From Candidatus Poribacteria bacterium (GTDB lineage Bacteria; Poribacteria; WGA-4E; WGA-3G), in assembly GCA_965205025.1 (NCBI GenBank), contig CBDBFU010000012.1, forward strand, positions 32,001 through 96,000: a DNA stretch of 64,000 bases. The letters run 5' to 3'. Position numbers and translations under genes: made by a program. Within the stretch, counting starts at the first letter, position 1; every line of letters starts with the position of its first letter. The notes beneath the pieces are model-generated. The model was not told the origin of the DNA, ran no database searches, and was given only the letters and a program-made list of their open reading frames with translations. Shown here piece by piece: positions 52,998 to 64,000 of the stretch.

Positions 52998-53948
52998 ATG
53001 GCAAATCAACCATTACCAACAATTCCAAGAAGAAGGTTAGGTAGAACTGAATTAAGCATACCAGTTGTTCCTTATGGAACTCAAGGATTCGGCAACAATT
53101 TTGGACCCGTAAGTGATGAAGAAGCAATTGACTTGATAAAACATTCGGTATCTATTGGTGTTAATCACTTCGATTGTGCTCGATGTTATGGCGATTCATT
53201 ACGAAAACTTGGATTAGCAATGAAAGAGATACCCCGTGAAGATGTTATCATTACTGCGCGTTTATGTTGTCATTCAGCTGCGGAATGGGGAGGATACGGA
53301 CAGGGAAAACCTGATTATTCTGCGGATCGAACAATCGCTGATCTGGAAAATCAACTTGAAATCCTTAATGTTGACTATCTTGATGGTATGTTAATCCATG
53401 ACCCCATCGAAATCGATCCTACACTTGAAAAAGGTGGCACACTTGAAGGTTTATTAAAATGTAAAGAGCGCGGACTCGTTAATTTCGTTGGTTATGGAAT
53501 GCGACAACACGATTACCATTTAAAAACTATAGCAACAGGGGATGTTGACCTACTCTTATGTTTTAATGACTATAATCTTGTAAGACAAACCGTCACTGAC
53601 ACAATCCTACCTGCTGCAGCCGAAGCAGATGTAGGTGTTATGAATGGTTGGTCAATTTTACGCGGGATCCTTACAGGTGTTGATATCGATGCAGAAATCG
53701 AACGCGGTCGCTGGAAAAAAGAAGGAGATGTCGCTGAAGCTTACCCAATTTGGCAGTGGTGTGTTGAGGAAGGAATAAGTCTATTACAACTTGCATTACA
53801 ATTCTGTCTCAAGGAAGGACGCATACATGGCAACAATATCGGAAGTTTAAATAAAGAACAATTAGAACAGAATGTTTGGGCTGCAAGTACTCCTTTACCA
53901 GATGAAGTATGGGAAAAATATGAAGAAAAGTTCGGTTCAATGAATTAG
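52998..53948 (+). CDS. Aldo/keto reductase (plus strand; the ORF track label is wrong)
   Basis: ATGGCAAATCAACC reads on + after GGAGG; RRLGRT, FDCARCYG. Confidence 0.85.
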   Translation: MANQPLPTIPRRRLGRTELSIPVVPYGTQGFGNNFGPVSDEEAIDLIKHSVSIGVNHFDCARCYGDSLRKLGLAMKEIPREDVIITARLCCHSAAEWGGYGQGKPDYSADRTIADLENQLEILNVDYLDGMLIHDPIEIDPTLEKGGTLEGLLKCKERGLVNFVGYGMRQHDYHLKTIATGDVDLLLCFNDYNLVRQTVTDTILPAAAEADVGVMNGWSILRGILTGVDIDAEIERGRWKKEGDVAEAYPIWQWCVEEGISLLQLALQFCLKEGRIHGNNIGSLNKEQLEQNVWAASTPLPDEVWEKYEEKFGSMN

Positions 53949-55007
53949 TTTTTCTATGATCTTATGAGTCACCTTGGGTAAAGGATAATCAGGTAATTCA
54001 TCAATTCTTATCCATTTTGCATCTATAGGTCCATTGAGTTGTAAATCACCCTGAATATAATCACATACAAAGGCATCCACAACTATTTTGAAATGGGTGT
54101 ATGCATGTTTTACCTGAGTGAGATAATTAAGGTTTGATACTGATATATTCGTAGACTCAGAAATATGCCTGATACATGCTGCCTCAGATGCTTCTCCTTT
54201 GTTTAGATTTCCATTAGGAAACTCCCAAAGACCTCCTAACAATCCATCTAATGGACGTCGAACAATTAGAATATCTGATCCTTTGTAGATAATACCAGCT
54301 GCTATGTTATGTTCAGGTGTCCGCTTAGTCTTTTGTCTATATGGATACTCACTCTGCAGTCCTTCCTTAAATGCTTTACAAAAGTCATTCACAGGACACA
54401 CAACACAAGTAGGGGATTGGGGACGGCACACTGTCGCCCCTAATTCCATCAATGCCTGATTGAAACATCCAGGTTCATCTCTATTTAAAAGTAAATCTGC
54501 CTTGTCTTGAAAAGCCTTGGTTGATGAAGATTCATTTACAGGATTATCCATTAAAAATAGTCTTGATAAGACACGCTTAATATTCCCATCAACAGCGGCA
54601 TACGGTAGATTAAATGCAATACTCAGAACTGCTGCTGCGCTATAATCACCAACCCCAGGTAAACTCCTAAAGGATGTATAATCCTTCGGAATCTCACTAT
54701 TAGAGTCCTTTACAATCAGTTGTGCTGCTTTATGTAGATTTCTTGCTCTTGCATAATATCCAAGACCTTCCCATACCTTCAGCACATCTTGGACAGAGGA
54801 TGATGCTAATGTTTGTATGTCAGGAAATTCTTTAATAAAGTTCTCGTAATACCCAATAACTTTCTTTACTTGTGTCTGTTGTAGCATTACCTCTGATACC
54901 CAAATCCTATAAGGATCGGTAATACCGCGCCACGGCATATCACGTTGGTATAGCCTGAACCAATTTATCAATTTACTATTTAGATCTTTGTATGATTGTA
55001 AAGGCAT
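53937..55007 (-). CDS. mutY: A/G-specific adenine glycosylase
   Basis: WVSEVMLQQTQV, WEGLGYYARARN, Fe-S cysteines, NUDIX-like tail. Confidence 0.95.
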   Translation of the reverse strand: MPLQSYKDLNSKLINWFRLYQRDMPWRGITDPYRIWVSEVMLQQTQVKKVIGYYENFIKEFPDIQTLASSSVQDVLKVWEGLGYYARARNLHKAAQLIVKDSNSEIPKDYTSFRSLPGVGDYSAAAVLSIAFNLPYAAVDGNIKRVLSRLFLMDNPVNESSSTKAFQDKADLLLNRDEPGCFNQALMELGATVCRPQSPTCVVCPVNDFCKAFKEGLQSEYPYRQKTKRTPEHNIAAGIIYKGSDILIVRRPLDGLLGGLWEFPNGNLNKGEASEAACIRHISESTNISVSNLNYLTQVKHAYTHFKIVVDAFVCDYIQGDLQLNGPIDAKWIRIDELPDYPLPKVTHKIIEKLIH

Positions 55008-55059
55008 TTATATCTCTCAGGAAGGTCAATATATAAAGCTTGTATTGTTAGAATATCAA

Positions 55060-55782
55060 TTACTCCAGATCAATAGCAATTCTGAAACCTACATTATGAA
55101 CAGTACGGATTGGTTCATAGGCAGCACGATTTGCACACCGTGCCGCAAACTTGCCACGCGGTAACCATGATCCACCCCGAATAACTTTCCTACGGCCTTC
55201 AACAGCACCCATAGGATTATCTGAAGGTGAATGTTTATAGGTCTCAGCATGAAACCAATCGCTACACCAATCATAAGCATTACCACCCATATCATAACAC
55301 CCGAAAGGACTAATCCCTTCAGGATAACTCCCAACAGGAGTTAACCGCTTCAGTTTGGATTCAGATGTATTTGCCTTGGTAGCATCCCATTCATTTCCCC
55401 ATGGATACTCCCTTCCATCTGTCCCACGCGCAGCTTTTTCCCATTCTGCTTCCGATGGTAATCTGTAACTCAATCCAGTAATGTTACTAATCCACTCGAA
55501 GAAATTGATTGTATCATACCAACTCACACCAACAACAGGATAGTCTGGAGCATTAAACCTTTCATTTTCCAAATATACAGGTTGTCTATATCCAGTAGCA
55601 TCTACAAACTGGCTATACTGTTCATTTGTTACATGAAAAATACCGATTGCATAGGCATCCAGAGTTACACTTCTTTGTGGTTCTTCAGGATCAGTTTTCC
55701 GGAGACCATCAGGATATGTACCCATCGTAAATGGTCCTGCAGAGATTTCTACTAATGTATATTTAAGTTCTTTTATAAGCAT
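55060..55782 (-). CDS. Formylglycine-generating enzyme (SUMF1/FGE-sulfatase) domain protein
   Basis: RLPSEAEWEKAARG, YPWG, RGGSW, GFR. Confidence 0.88.
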   Translation of the reverse strand: MLIKELKYTLVEISAGPFTMGTYPDGLRKTDPEEPQRSVTLDAYAIGIFHVTNEQYSQFVDATGYRQPVYLENERFNAPDYPVVGVSWYDTINFFEWISNITGLSYRLPSEAEWEKAARGTDGREYPWGNEWDATKANTSESKLKRLTPVGSYPEGISPFGCYDMGGNAYDWCSDWFHAETYKHSPSDNPMGAVEGRRKVIRGGSWLPRGKFAARCANRAAYEPIRTVHNVGFRIAIDLE

Positions 55783-56020
55783 GAAGATTATTAACAAAGT
55801 TGATTTGGAATAGGTTTTAATTCAGTATATCACATCTATATGCATGTGGCAATTATCTGCATAGATAGACTTATATTGGGTTGAACAGTAAGATAAAATC
55901 TGATAATATAGACATTAATTTTAGAGGATTAGTTGAGATACAAAGAAAAATTGTAGATAACGAGAGTATTCTTTAAATCCTATCCATTTCTAACCCATAA
56001 ACCCATCTATGAGGTATACT

Positions 56021-56989
56021 ATGGCATCCCCGAAAGTATTTATTACCAGACCGATTCCAGATTCTATTCTCAATAAGATTCAAGCTGAATGTGATGTTGA
56101 CATGTGGCATACCAGTGCGATACTACCTCCTATCGCTGAGAGGATTCCACCCCTTGATGGATTATTCACTTACGGACATGAACTTGTTACTGCAGAAATG
56201 TTTGATACATCACCAAATCTAAAGGTCGTTTCTGTAATGGGGGTAGGGTATGACCATGTGGATGAGGATGCAGCAAGAGAACGTGGAATTGCACTCGGAC
56301 ATACACCGGGTGTACTTAGCGATACAACCGCAGATATGACGTGGGCACTCCTTCTCGCAACTGCACGAAATGTTGTTCCGGCATACAACCATGTTCATGT
56401 GAATAAAGGATGGAATTACTACGATCCGAACATATTATGGGGATATGATGTTCATCATTCAACAATAGGAATAGTTGGTATGGGTAGGATTGGTTATGCT
56501 GTAGCAAAACGTGCTCTTGGATTTGATATGAAAGTGCTCTATAACAAACGCGAACGTAGAACGGATTGGGAGGAAGAACTTGGTATAGAATATGTGGAAA
56601 TGGAAAAATTGTTGAAAGAATCAGATTTTGTGTCCCTTCATGTTCCTCTGACTGATGAAACGACACACATGATTGGAAAAGCGGAATTTGAACTGATGAA
56701 GCAGACAGCGATTCTCATAAATATCGCCAGAGGTCCTGTTGTGGATCATGATGCCTTGTATCACGCATTAACAGAGGGACAGATAGCAGGGGCTGCAGTA
56801 GATGTAACCGAACCCGAACCGATTAATACTGACCATCCACTTCTTGATTTAGAGAACTTTCTCATTGCTCCACATCTTGGTAGTGCTACTATTCAAACCC
56901 GTATGAAAATGGCAACAATGGCGATGGATAATCTGTTTGCTGGACTAAAAGGAGAACGGTTACCCTATGGTGTTGTCCAACCAGTGTAA
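56021..56989 (+). CDS. D-2-hydroxyacid (glyoxylate/glycerate) dehydrogenase
   Basis: GMGRIG, NIARG, PHLGSAT. Confidence 0.9.
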   Translation: MASPKVFITRPIPDSILNKIQAECDVDMWHTSAILPPIAERIPPLDGLFTYGHELVTAEMFDTSPNLKVVSVMGVGYDHVDEDAARERGIALGHTPGVLSDTTADMTWALLLATARNVVPAYNHVHVNKGWNYYDPNILWGYDVHHSTIGIVGMGRIGYAVAKRALGFDMKVLYNKRERRTDWEEELGIEYVEMEKLLKESDFVSLHVPLTDETTHMIGKAEFELMKQTAILINIARGPVVDHDALYHALTEGQIAGAAVDVTEPEPINTDHPLLDLENFLIAPHLGSATIQTRMKMATMAMDNLFAGLKGERLPYGVVQPV

Positions 56990-57071
56990 ATCAGTTAACT
57001 AACATGATAAACATTAGGTATATTATGAATAAAGTTACACAGAAATAATACAATTCAATTCAAGGTATAAT

Positions 57072-58694
57072 ATGAAATCTACTACAAATTTATCACCTGA
57101 ATTACAAAAAGCCAAGTTAGAAATAGATAATACCTATAAGTCTAACCAATTACTCAATCTGTCATTTACACAGGCAATCTCTACCTATTTATCGTTTGAT
57201 CAGGAATACTGGTATGATATGTTAGGTGAAATTAGTATTAATGAACTAACAAGATATGAAAAAATGTTAATGAATAGACTATTACACCCTATATCTTGGT
57301 TATATGATGGTTGTGATCATAATAACATTAAACCGGCAACACCCGATGAAAATCAAAGCATAGCCTCAAAGGAATTATTTGAATTAGGCATGAATTATAG
57401 TAAGTTTCATCAGGCATTTATTCTTACAAATTATGGTATCCTGGATCTTGAAATTAAAGGTTCAATGATACATTATTCTGAAGATTATCAAAGACAGATA
57501 GAATACAAGATATATAACTTGTTGATTGCATCACATAAACCAGATATTGAGCCTGATGAATATATAGATGAAACAGAAGATCCAATGCATGAGATTTATG
57601 ATATTGTAAAGGTGAAAAAGAATAGAGTTATATATCCAATAAACCCTAAGTTAGTATCTGATATATCAGAATATTTTAAACCATTTTATAATCTCTTATT
57701 TATTTTATCTAAAGACTTGGAATTTATTGGCTATTCCATGAATGAATTACGCTTAGTAATTGAGGGATTGTTTTCATTAACATATATTCACAAAACCGCA
57801 TGTGATATTGCTTATGATTCAGATATAGATTACGAATATTACTATCACGACACCTACATGCCTTCTTGTACGGAACTAATCAACCGTATAGTCAGATATA
57901 CAGGAGTGACAAGAGATAAAGTACAGCAGATTCTTGATGATTTAACGTATAGGAATTCAAATCATAGAAATTCCAATCTTTGTTTACACCCCATAATTAA
58001 ATTGAACACAAAATACTATGCATTTTCATCTGTAATATGGAATCATATTCAAACAGAATGGAGTATGAATGCACTGTTATGTAAATTACCATCAGAGACT
58101 GATATTTTTGAAGAATTTTCTCAAGTAAAACATACTACTCTTATTGAGAAAATAAATTCAACACTACTCAGGAAAAATACTGAGATCTTATGTATATCTG
58201 ATGAAGGTATACCAAAAGACTATATTCTTATTGTACATCATAGTGAAAAAGTATGTCTAATTATAGATCTTAAATGGAATATACAACCATATAACATCTA
58301 TACTTGTATTGAAAGATCTCAAGAGATTATAATTGCATCTTCTCAGATGCTAAAATATAAGCAAGAAATAACTGAAAACCAAACCGATTTACTCCAAAAA
58401 TATAATATTGATGCTAATTATCGATTTGAAGGTGTGATTGCCCCTGAAAATTGGATCGGTTTTGGCAATATCCATACACCAGAAATACCTATAATCCAAG
58501 TTTATCACCTTATAGATAAATTGGAAGCGATGGAAAGTCTGAATGCTACAATGGATTGGTTGTTAGATCGAGAATACATGCCAAAGATTGGTGAAGATTT
58601 TTCTATTTTAGATGAGATCACAACTATAGGAAGTTGGTCTCTTCAAACGTATGGAATTAAGAAACATATTGAGGGTAGATTTTATCCGTTATAG
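57072..58694 (+). CDS. Hypothetical protein, possible degenerate PD-(D/E)XK C-terminal domain
   Basis: 540-aa AT-rich ORF; D-YILI...LIIDLKW. Confidence 0.55.
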   Translation: MKSTTNLSPELQKAKLEIDNTYKSNQLLNLSFTQAISTYLSFDQEYWYDMLGEISINELTRYEKMLMNRLLHPISWLYDGCDHNNIKPATPDENQSIASKELFELGMNYSKFHQAFILTNYGILDLEIKGSMIHYSEDYQRQIEYKIYNLLIASHKPDIEPDEYIDETEDPMHEIYDIVKVKKNRVIYPINPKLVSDISEYFKPFYNLLFILSKDLEFIGYSMNELRLVIEGLFSLTYIHKTACDIAYDSDIDYEYYYHDTYMPSCTELINRIVRYTGVTRDKVQQILDDLTYRNSNHRNSNLCLHPIIKLNTKYYAFSSVIWNHIQTEWSMNALLCKLPSETDIFEEFSQVKHTTLIEKINSTLLRKNTEILCISDEGIPKDYILIVHHSEKVCLIIDLKWNIQPYNIYTCIERSQEIIIASSQMLKYKQEITENQTDLLQKYNIDANYRFEGVIAPENWIGFGNIHTPEIPIIQVYHLIDKLEAMESLNATMDWLLDREYMPKIGEDFSILDEITTIGSWSLQTYGIKKHIEGRFYPL

Positions 58695-58789
58695 AAACGG
58701 ATTATAATAGTAATAGGACTTAAGTACAACTGTATGAAAATGATCAACAAGTGTAATGGATTATAAATGTCAAAGACAGAAGGTGTAAA

Positions 58790-61343
58790 ATGAAAAAAGA
58801 TAAGGACAAAGGAATATCGAAGATAGCGGTAAAAGGATTTAAGTCAATAGCAAATGAATGTGAGATAGATATTCGTCAATTGACAATTCTTGCAGGTGCG
58901 AACAGTTCCGGTAAATCAAGTATCATGCAACCTCTGCTTATGATGAAGCAGACATTGGAAGCCCCTTACGATCCAGGTCCATTATTGATTGATGGATCAA
59001 ACGTGCAGTTTACATTGGCAGACCAATTCCTATCTACATTTGTGGATAAGGAGAGCAATTCCAGTTTTTATATAAAGATTGAAACCGGTGATACTGATAC
59101 CTCTTCATTATCTGTAAAGACCATTTTTCGTAAAGGCAAAGATGGAATTGAGATTGAAAAAGTTGGAATTCATAGAATAAATAAGGGAGATTCATCAGAA
59201 TATCGTATCACACTTCAACCTGATATGACATCAGAAGAAGTCAGACAACTTTCTTTTCAAGAACCACTTCTTAACAAATTAATACAAGGTCTAGTGGATA
59301 GTCCAGTCTAAATTTTCAGGTGTTTTCTTTTGGTTTATAGGAGACTTGACATAAAAATGTGTACCTTTTAGATTATAGTAAACTATCTTAGAGGACACTC
59401 ATATGAACAAACATGTTGTAAAACTGAATGATATTCAGCGTCAGGAGTTGGAAGACTGTATTAATAAAGGTAAATCAGAAGCATATAGGATAAAGCACGC
59501 CAATATTTTACTAAAAGCGGATGTCAACGGTCCTGGCAAGACCGATGCAGAGATCGCTGATGCCTACAACTGCCATACACGCACGGTAGCTAATGTTCGA
59601 AAGCGTTTTGCCACAGAAGGTTTTGCTCGTGCCTTTGGTCGCGCACAACGAGAGGTTCCTCCCACGCCTCGTAAACTTGATGGAGAAGCTGAAGCCCGGT
59701 TGATAGCTTTGAGTTGTGGTGATCCACCAGAAGGTGCTGGCAGATGGACGCTGCGTTTACTTGCGTCAGAACTGGTGAGACTTGAGATTGTAGAGAGTAT
59801 TTCTCCTGAAACAGTGCGTCAGACATTAAAAAAAATGTCTTGAAACCCCATCTTCGTGAACAATGGGTGATTCCACCTGAAGAAGATGCTGCTTTTGTGA
59901 ATGCGATGGAGAATGTACTTGATCTTTATCAGAAACCTTTAGATACGGATGTTCCTGTTGTAAACATGGATGAGCAATCTGTAACTCTGAGGGATCACAT
60001 TCGTGCTCCGCAACCTGCTAAACCGGGTCAAGTAGAACGGGTGGATTCTGAATACAGACGCAATGGCACAGCATCAGTTTTTCTTTTCACAGAGGCCCTT
60101 TCAGGATTTCGGTATGTGTCTGTTCGGAAGCGTCGTAAAATCGAAGATTGGGCACGAGAGATAAAAGTGTTATTGGATAATAAGTATCCGAATGTCAAGC
60201 GTGTAATTTTAGTATGTGATAACCTGAACACACATAAACTTTCGTCATTATATAAAGTGTTTGATAAAGAGGAGGCAGATAGGTTGTGTGCTCGTTTAGA
60301 AATCGTGTATACCCCCAAGCATGGGAGTTGGTTGAATATAGCGGAAATAGAACTAAGTGTCCTGACACGACAATGTTTGTGCCGTCGTATTCCTAACATA
60401 GAAGTTCTCCGAAGAGAAATCAAAGCGTGGCAAGAGCGACGAAATATGGATCAAAAACAGGTGAATTGGCATTTTACAACGGAGGATGCGCGCATCCGTT
60501 TAAAACATCTATACCCACAATATTAGGATGGACTGTCCACTAGATGTAATAGAACGTTTAGGATGCTTCCTAATATTAGAATCTAAGGATGGGACTAAGA
60601 GATTAGATTTGAATTCTCAACTTGCATTCAATATAGCTAACATAATTCATCTTCCTGGTTTGCGGGGTAATCCGGAACGTACTTATAAACTTACAAGTAC
60701 AGGACCGTTGTTCCCTGGAAGATTTGAGAATTATACAGCTAGTCTTGTGCATGAATGGGAAAAAACGGAAGACAAACTACTTAAAAAACTATCGGCTGCA
60801 CTATACAAACTAAAAATAACAGGAGCTGTCAGTACTAAGAAGATTGGCGATGCGCGCATTGAATTACAGGTAGATCGAATTCCACGTTTAAAGAATCACA
60901 ATCCTGAAATGGTAAGTATAGCAGATGTTGGTTTAGGGGTATCTCAGGTTTTACCTGTATTAGTTGCTCTAATTACTGCAAGACCTGGACAATTAGTATA
61001 TATTGAACAACCTGAATTACACCTACATCCCAATGCACAAGTCGCATTAGCACAAGTCTTAGGAGATGCAGCAAAAAGAGGTGTCCATGTTGTTGCTGAA
61101 ACACATAGTTCTATGCTGTTATTAGGAGTTCAAAATCTCGTTGCAGAAGGTAAACTCTCTCCAGATATAGTTAAATTACACTGGTTTTCACGGAATAAAG
61201 AAGGAATTACAAAAGTAAGTAGTAGAAATTTAGACAAGACAGGAGCTTATGGAAAATGGCCAGTAGATTTCGATAAAGTCAGTCTTCGTGAACAAAGTCG
61301 GTATATTAAAGCTTCTCAATCACTTCTTATGGATCAAACATAA
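58790..61343 (+). pseudogene. AAA_15/AAA_21-type ABC ATPase (DUF3696-like tail) interrupted by IS630
   Basis: GANSSGKS, ADVGLGVSQ, YIEQPELHLHP, ETHS; removing the IS restores IQGL-DVIERL in frame. Confidence 0.88.
59294..60540 (+). mobile_element. IS630 family element; orfA 59403-59843 and orfB to 60526 joined by a -1 frameshift
   Basis: TA duplication; TIR GTGGATAGTCCA/TGGACTGTCCAC; A8 at 59828-59835; MDE, DNLNTH, SWLNIAE. Confidence 0.95.
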
Positions 61344-61344
61344 T

Positions 61345-61890
61345 ATGAGATCAAAGAAAAAACTGCTGGTGATTGATGCCGACGTTGCACGTGCTGCTGG
61401 GGGTGAGGAGGCAACTGCTATTGTTTCAGTCAATTGTACACATTTTCTACAAACCTTTCAGAATGATACAACGCATCATATAGTAATGACTACCAAGTTA
61501 TCCAAGGAATGGGAAAAACATCAGTCAAATTATACAACTGCATGGTTGGCTAATATGATTGCTACTAAGAGATTCCATTTAATAAAAATATCAGATAACC
61601 AACTTCTTTAGAATAAAATATGTGTATTATCAAATCCAGAGTCAGAAATTAATGAAATGTTAAAGGATATCCATTTGTTAGAAACTGCATTAATTACTGA
61701 TAAAACAATCATTTCACTTGACGAAACAGTTCGAAAAATATTTGCAAAAGCATCCGATCAGGTTGGTGAAATTAGATCTATAATCTGGGTTAATCCAGAG
61801 AAGACAGATACAGAAGACCCCATCGAATGGTTAAAGACCGGAGCACCATCTGAGACACAGCGTCAACTATCGGAATACCATAAAGGATAA
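61345..61890 (+). pseudogene. PIN-like protein with in-frame TAG at 61609-61611
   Basis: VIDAD...KDIHLL...ISLDE acidic pattern; both ORF pieces are in the same frame. Confidence 0.65.
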
Positions 61891-62763
61891 TTATCCCCGC
61901 CATTCCATATTAATGCTTGTATATCCTTGTGTATACTTATGTAAATGAGGTGGTAAATCTGATAAGAATTGCTTCCCCACATCTGGTATTTCCCATGGAA
62001 TGTCAATATGATGTGATTGATCCCGAAAGCCAATCGCACATGATAAGCGAATTTCATTCAATTGATTTGGAAATGCACCATGATAGGTACGGTGTGCAAA
62101 CACAATCATATCACCACCATTGGTAAAAAGGGGTACACACCCCGGAACATCAAAATCTGTATATGCTTTCTCTTCCCCACCGATTTTATAAAATGATCTT
62201 TTATCCGCTGAAAGGTTAAATCCTTCAGGTCCCTCCCAAGTCTCAACATGAGAATCCTCAATCACACAGAGACCACCATGTTCTGGTCTTGAACCTGTTA
62301 GATAAAACCATTTACCTGAAGGCCACATCCCACGATTAAGTACTTCACCTGTATTTCTTGGTGTTCCTGTTGAAAACCCACACCAATCGGTATGCCATGA
62401 AACTGGATGCGATCCAGGCATACGGATAATAGCTGCCGAACGATGTACTGTCAATTCATCAGATCCAATCAGATACCGATGAATATCCATAAACCTTTCA
62501 TCTTCGAGAAGTTGCCAAGCACCTTCACCAGACTCAATCCAGGCGTGTCTTGTACTGCTTTGTGTCTGTTCTAATTTTCTCTCCGGATCTGCACCCACAA
62601 ATACAGCTTCCTTCAAACTCTCCACTATTTCAGAAGACAATACATCTTTAATAATCGCGAATCCGTGTGCTTCTAAACATTCAGACATAGCATCGAGTTC
62701 ATTGACTTGAAACTCATACTTGTATCCAAGATCTGGCTTCTGAATCTCTAAATACTCTCTCAT
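61891..62763 (-). CDS. PhyH family dioxygenase
   Basis: WHTD, GGLCVIEDSH, TYHG. Confidence 0.8.
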   Translation of the reverse strand: MREYLEIQKPDLGYKYEFQVNELDAMSECLEAHGFAIIKDVLSSEIVESLKEAVFVGADPERKLEQTQSSTRHAWIESGEGAWQLLEDERFMDIHRYLIGSDELTVHRSAAIIRMPGSHPVSWHTDWCGFSTGTPRNTGEVLNRGMWPSGKWFYLTGSRPEHGGLCVIEDSHVETWEGPEGFNLSADKRSFYKIGGEEKAYTDFDVPGCVPLFTNGGDMIVFAHRTYHGAFPNQLNEIRLSCAIGFRDQSHHIDIPWEIPDVGKQFLSDLPPHLHKYTQGYTSINMEWRG

Positions 62764-62893
62764 AGTAAATCCCCACAATAGTATTGAAAGTATTCTAATA
62801 TAGGAGATTTACCATGTCAATGGATTTTCATGTTTGTGTAAATAATTCTTTACATTCATTGTTTCTTGAATAAACAAAATGTGATTTGATGTA

Positions 62894-62996
62894 ATACCTT
62901 TTCTGATAATTAAGGTCTCTTAAACGTAGCATAAACTTTCAGTTTGTGCAGTATTTCAAGTCCCGCATAACAACTAAACATCTATAGAAATGGTAT
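62894..62996. mobile_element. MITE family B
   Basis: ATACCTTTTCT...AGAAATGGTAT with GTAGCATAAACTTTCAGTTTGTGC. Confidence 0.75.
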
Positions 62997-63413
62997 CAGA
63001 TGAAAACCAAAATGCATCCCGTACACACTTTAGTTATATAAATATTAATATATGTGATTCACGGAGAATTGGGGTTATTAAATCCATAAACCCTTATAGA
63101 ATAAGGGTTCGTAAAATTTCTCCGTGAAGGTTTCCGTGAAAGTGAAATCATCTCAGAACGATAAATATTAACACTCTTTTCATTCTAATTAACCATACAT
63201 CAAACATAAATAGGTATTTAATTAACCTCATAAGATGTGAATACAAATAACTAAATTATCCTGATTTGAGTTGTATATTCTTGAAGTTATATATTAGATT
63301 TGTTAGAATACATCATTAATGTAACTTCAACATAGATTGATTGATGAAACACGATAAAATATATAAATTACATTCTTGAAGTATTACAAACCATCCCATT
63401 ACGGAGGAAACTA

Positions 63414-64000
63414 ATGGCTGAAACCGTATTTCTTGGAGATCACGAATTGACATTTCCTGGTCCTGACCTGGGTGAATTACGAGATTGCAATAATATTCTT
63501 GATTCAGCAGAAGGATTACATAATCAGATAGCAGAAGATGGATATCTACTCATCCGTGGACTAATTGACAAGGACAAGATTCTTGCTGGAAGACGTGCTA
63601 TTCTTGAATATGCCGAAGGAAATGGTAAGGATGAAGTTTTTAAGACTGATACAGAACTCATGGATGCGGTAGCGGGTACCGGTAGTCCAGGTCGGACAAT
63701 GGGAGCACCTGCTGTCACACACCATGATAATGTATTGTCTGTATTAGAAGGAGATGAGCTTTTTACTTTCTTTCGTAGATTCTTCGATGGTGATACACGA
63801 ACTTTCGATTATAAATGGTTGCGTTTTGTAAGACCCGATGGATGGTCAGGTCCGCATTTTGATTTTGTCTATATGGGAAGAGGTTCCAAACAACTACATA
63901 CCTGCTGGGTACCTTTTGGTAATAATCCTGCCACTATGGGAACACTTACAGTACTTGTCGGTTCACATAACCTACCCAGTTTTGCTCCTGTGCGTGACAC
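63414..64000 (+). CDS. PhyH family dioxygenase (runs off the window end)
   Basis: GGAGG + ATG; DGYLLIRG, YKWLR, PHFD, TCWVPFG, LVGSH. Confidence 0.8.
   Translation, partial: MAETVFLGDHELTFPGPDLGELRDCNNILDSAEGLHNQIAEDGYLLIRGLIDKDKILAGRRAILEYAEGNGKDEVFKTDTELMDAVAGTGSPGRTMGAPAVTHHDNVLSVLEGDELFTFFRRFFDGDTRTFDYKWLRFVRPDGWSGPHFDFVYMGRGSKQLHTCWVPFGNNPATMGTLTVLVGSHNLPSFAPVRD

Noticed and set aside
52998-53948. ORF track assignment to the minus strand
   Set aside because: The listed protein reads directly from the plus strand
55060-55797. FGE/C-type-lectin-fold protein as a DGR target
   Set aside because: No template repeat or reverse transcriptase seen in the window
59828-59835. A8 slippery site as a novelty
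   Set aside because: Standard feature of two-ORF IS630 elements
61609-61611. TAG as a recoded sense codon
   Set aside because: TAG terminates many normal genes here (e.g. 2822, 6739, glnS)

Overview
AT-rich bacterial chromosomal window. The gene content (four PhyH dioxygenases, a sulfatase, an FGE-domain protein, DUF1080, a TonB receptor, a PorV-like barrel) suggests Ca. Poribacteria; this is an inference. Housekeeping blocks (phoH-ybeY-corC-tRNA-Pro-recO, glnS-gltX, glmM-yvcK, lysC, mutY) alternate with accessory genes. These include a Type III RM locus with an internal Fic gene, an ABC-ATPase + PIN-like pair in which both genes are inactivated, an IS630 and an IS701-like transposase. The most unusual signal is non-coding. 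The intergenic DNA holds a nested set of small non-autonomous elements: at least six terminal-inverted-repeat (TIR) shell families carry REP-like hairpins, one family inserts into hairpin loops with a 1-bp duplication, a 35-bp micro-element sits inside other hairpins, one MITE has 21-bp target duplications, and chimeric shells have swapped arms at CRISPR-like repeat doublets. All calls come from reading motifs by eye; no database searches were run.
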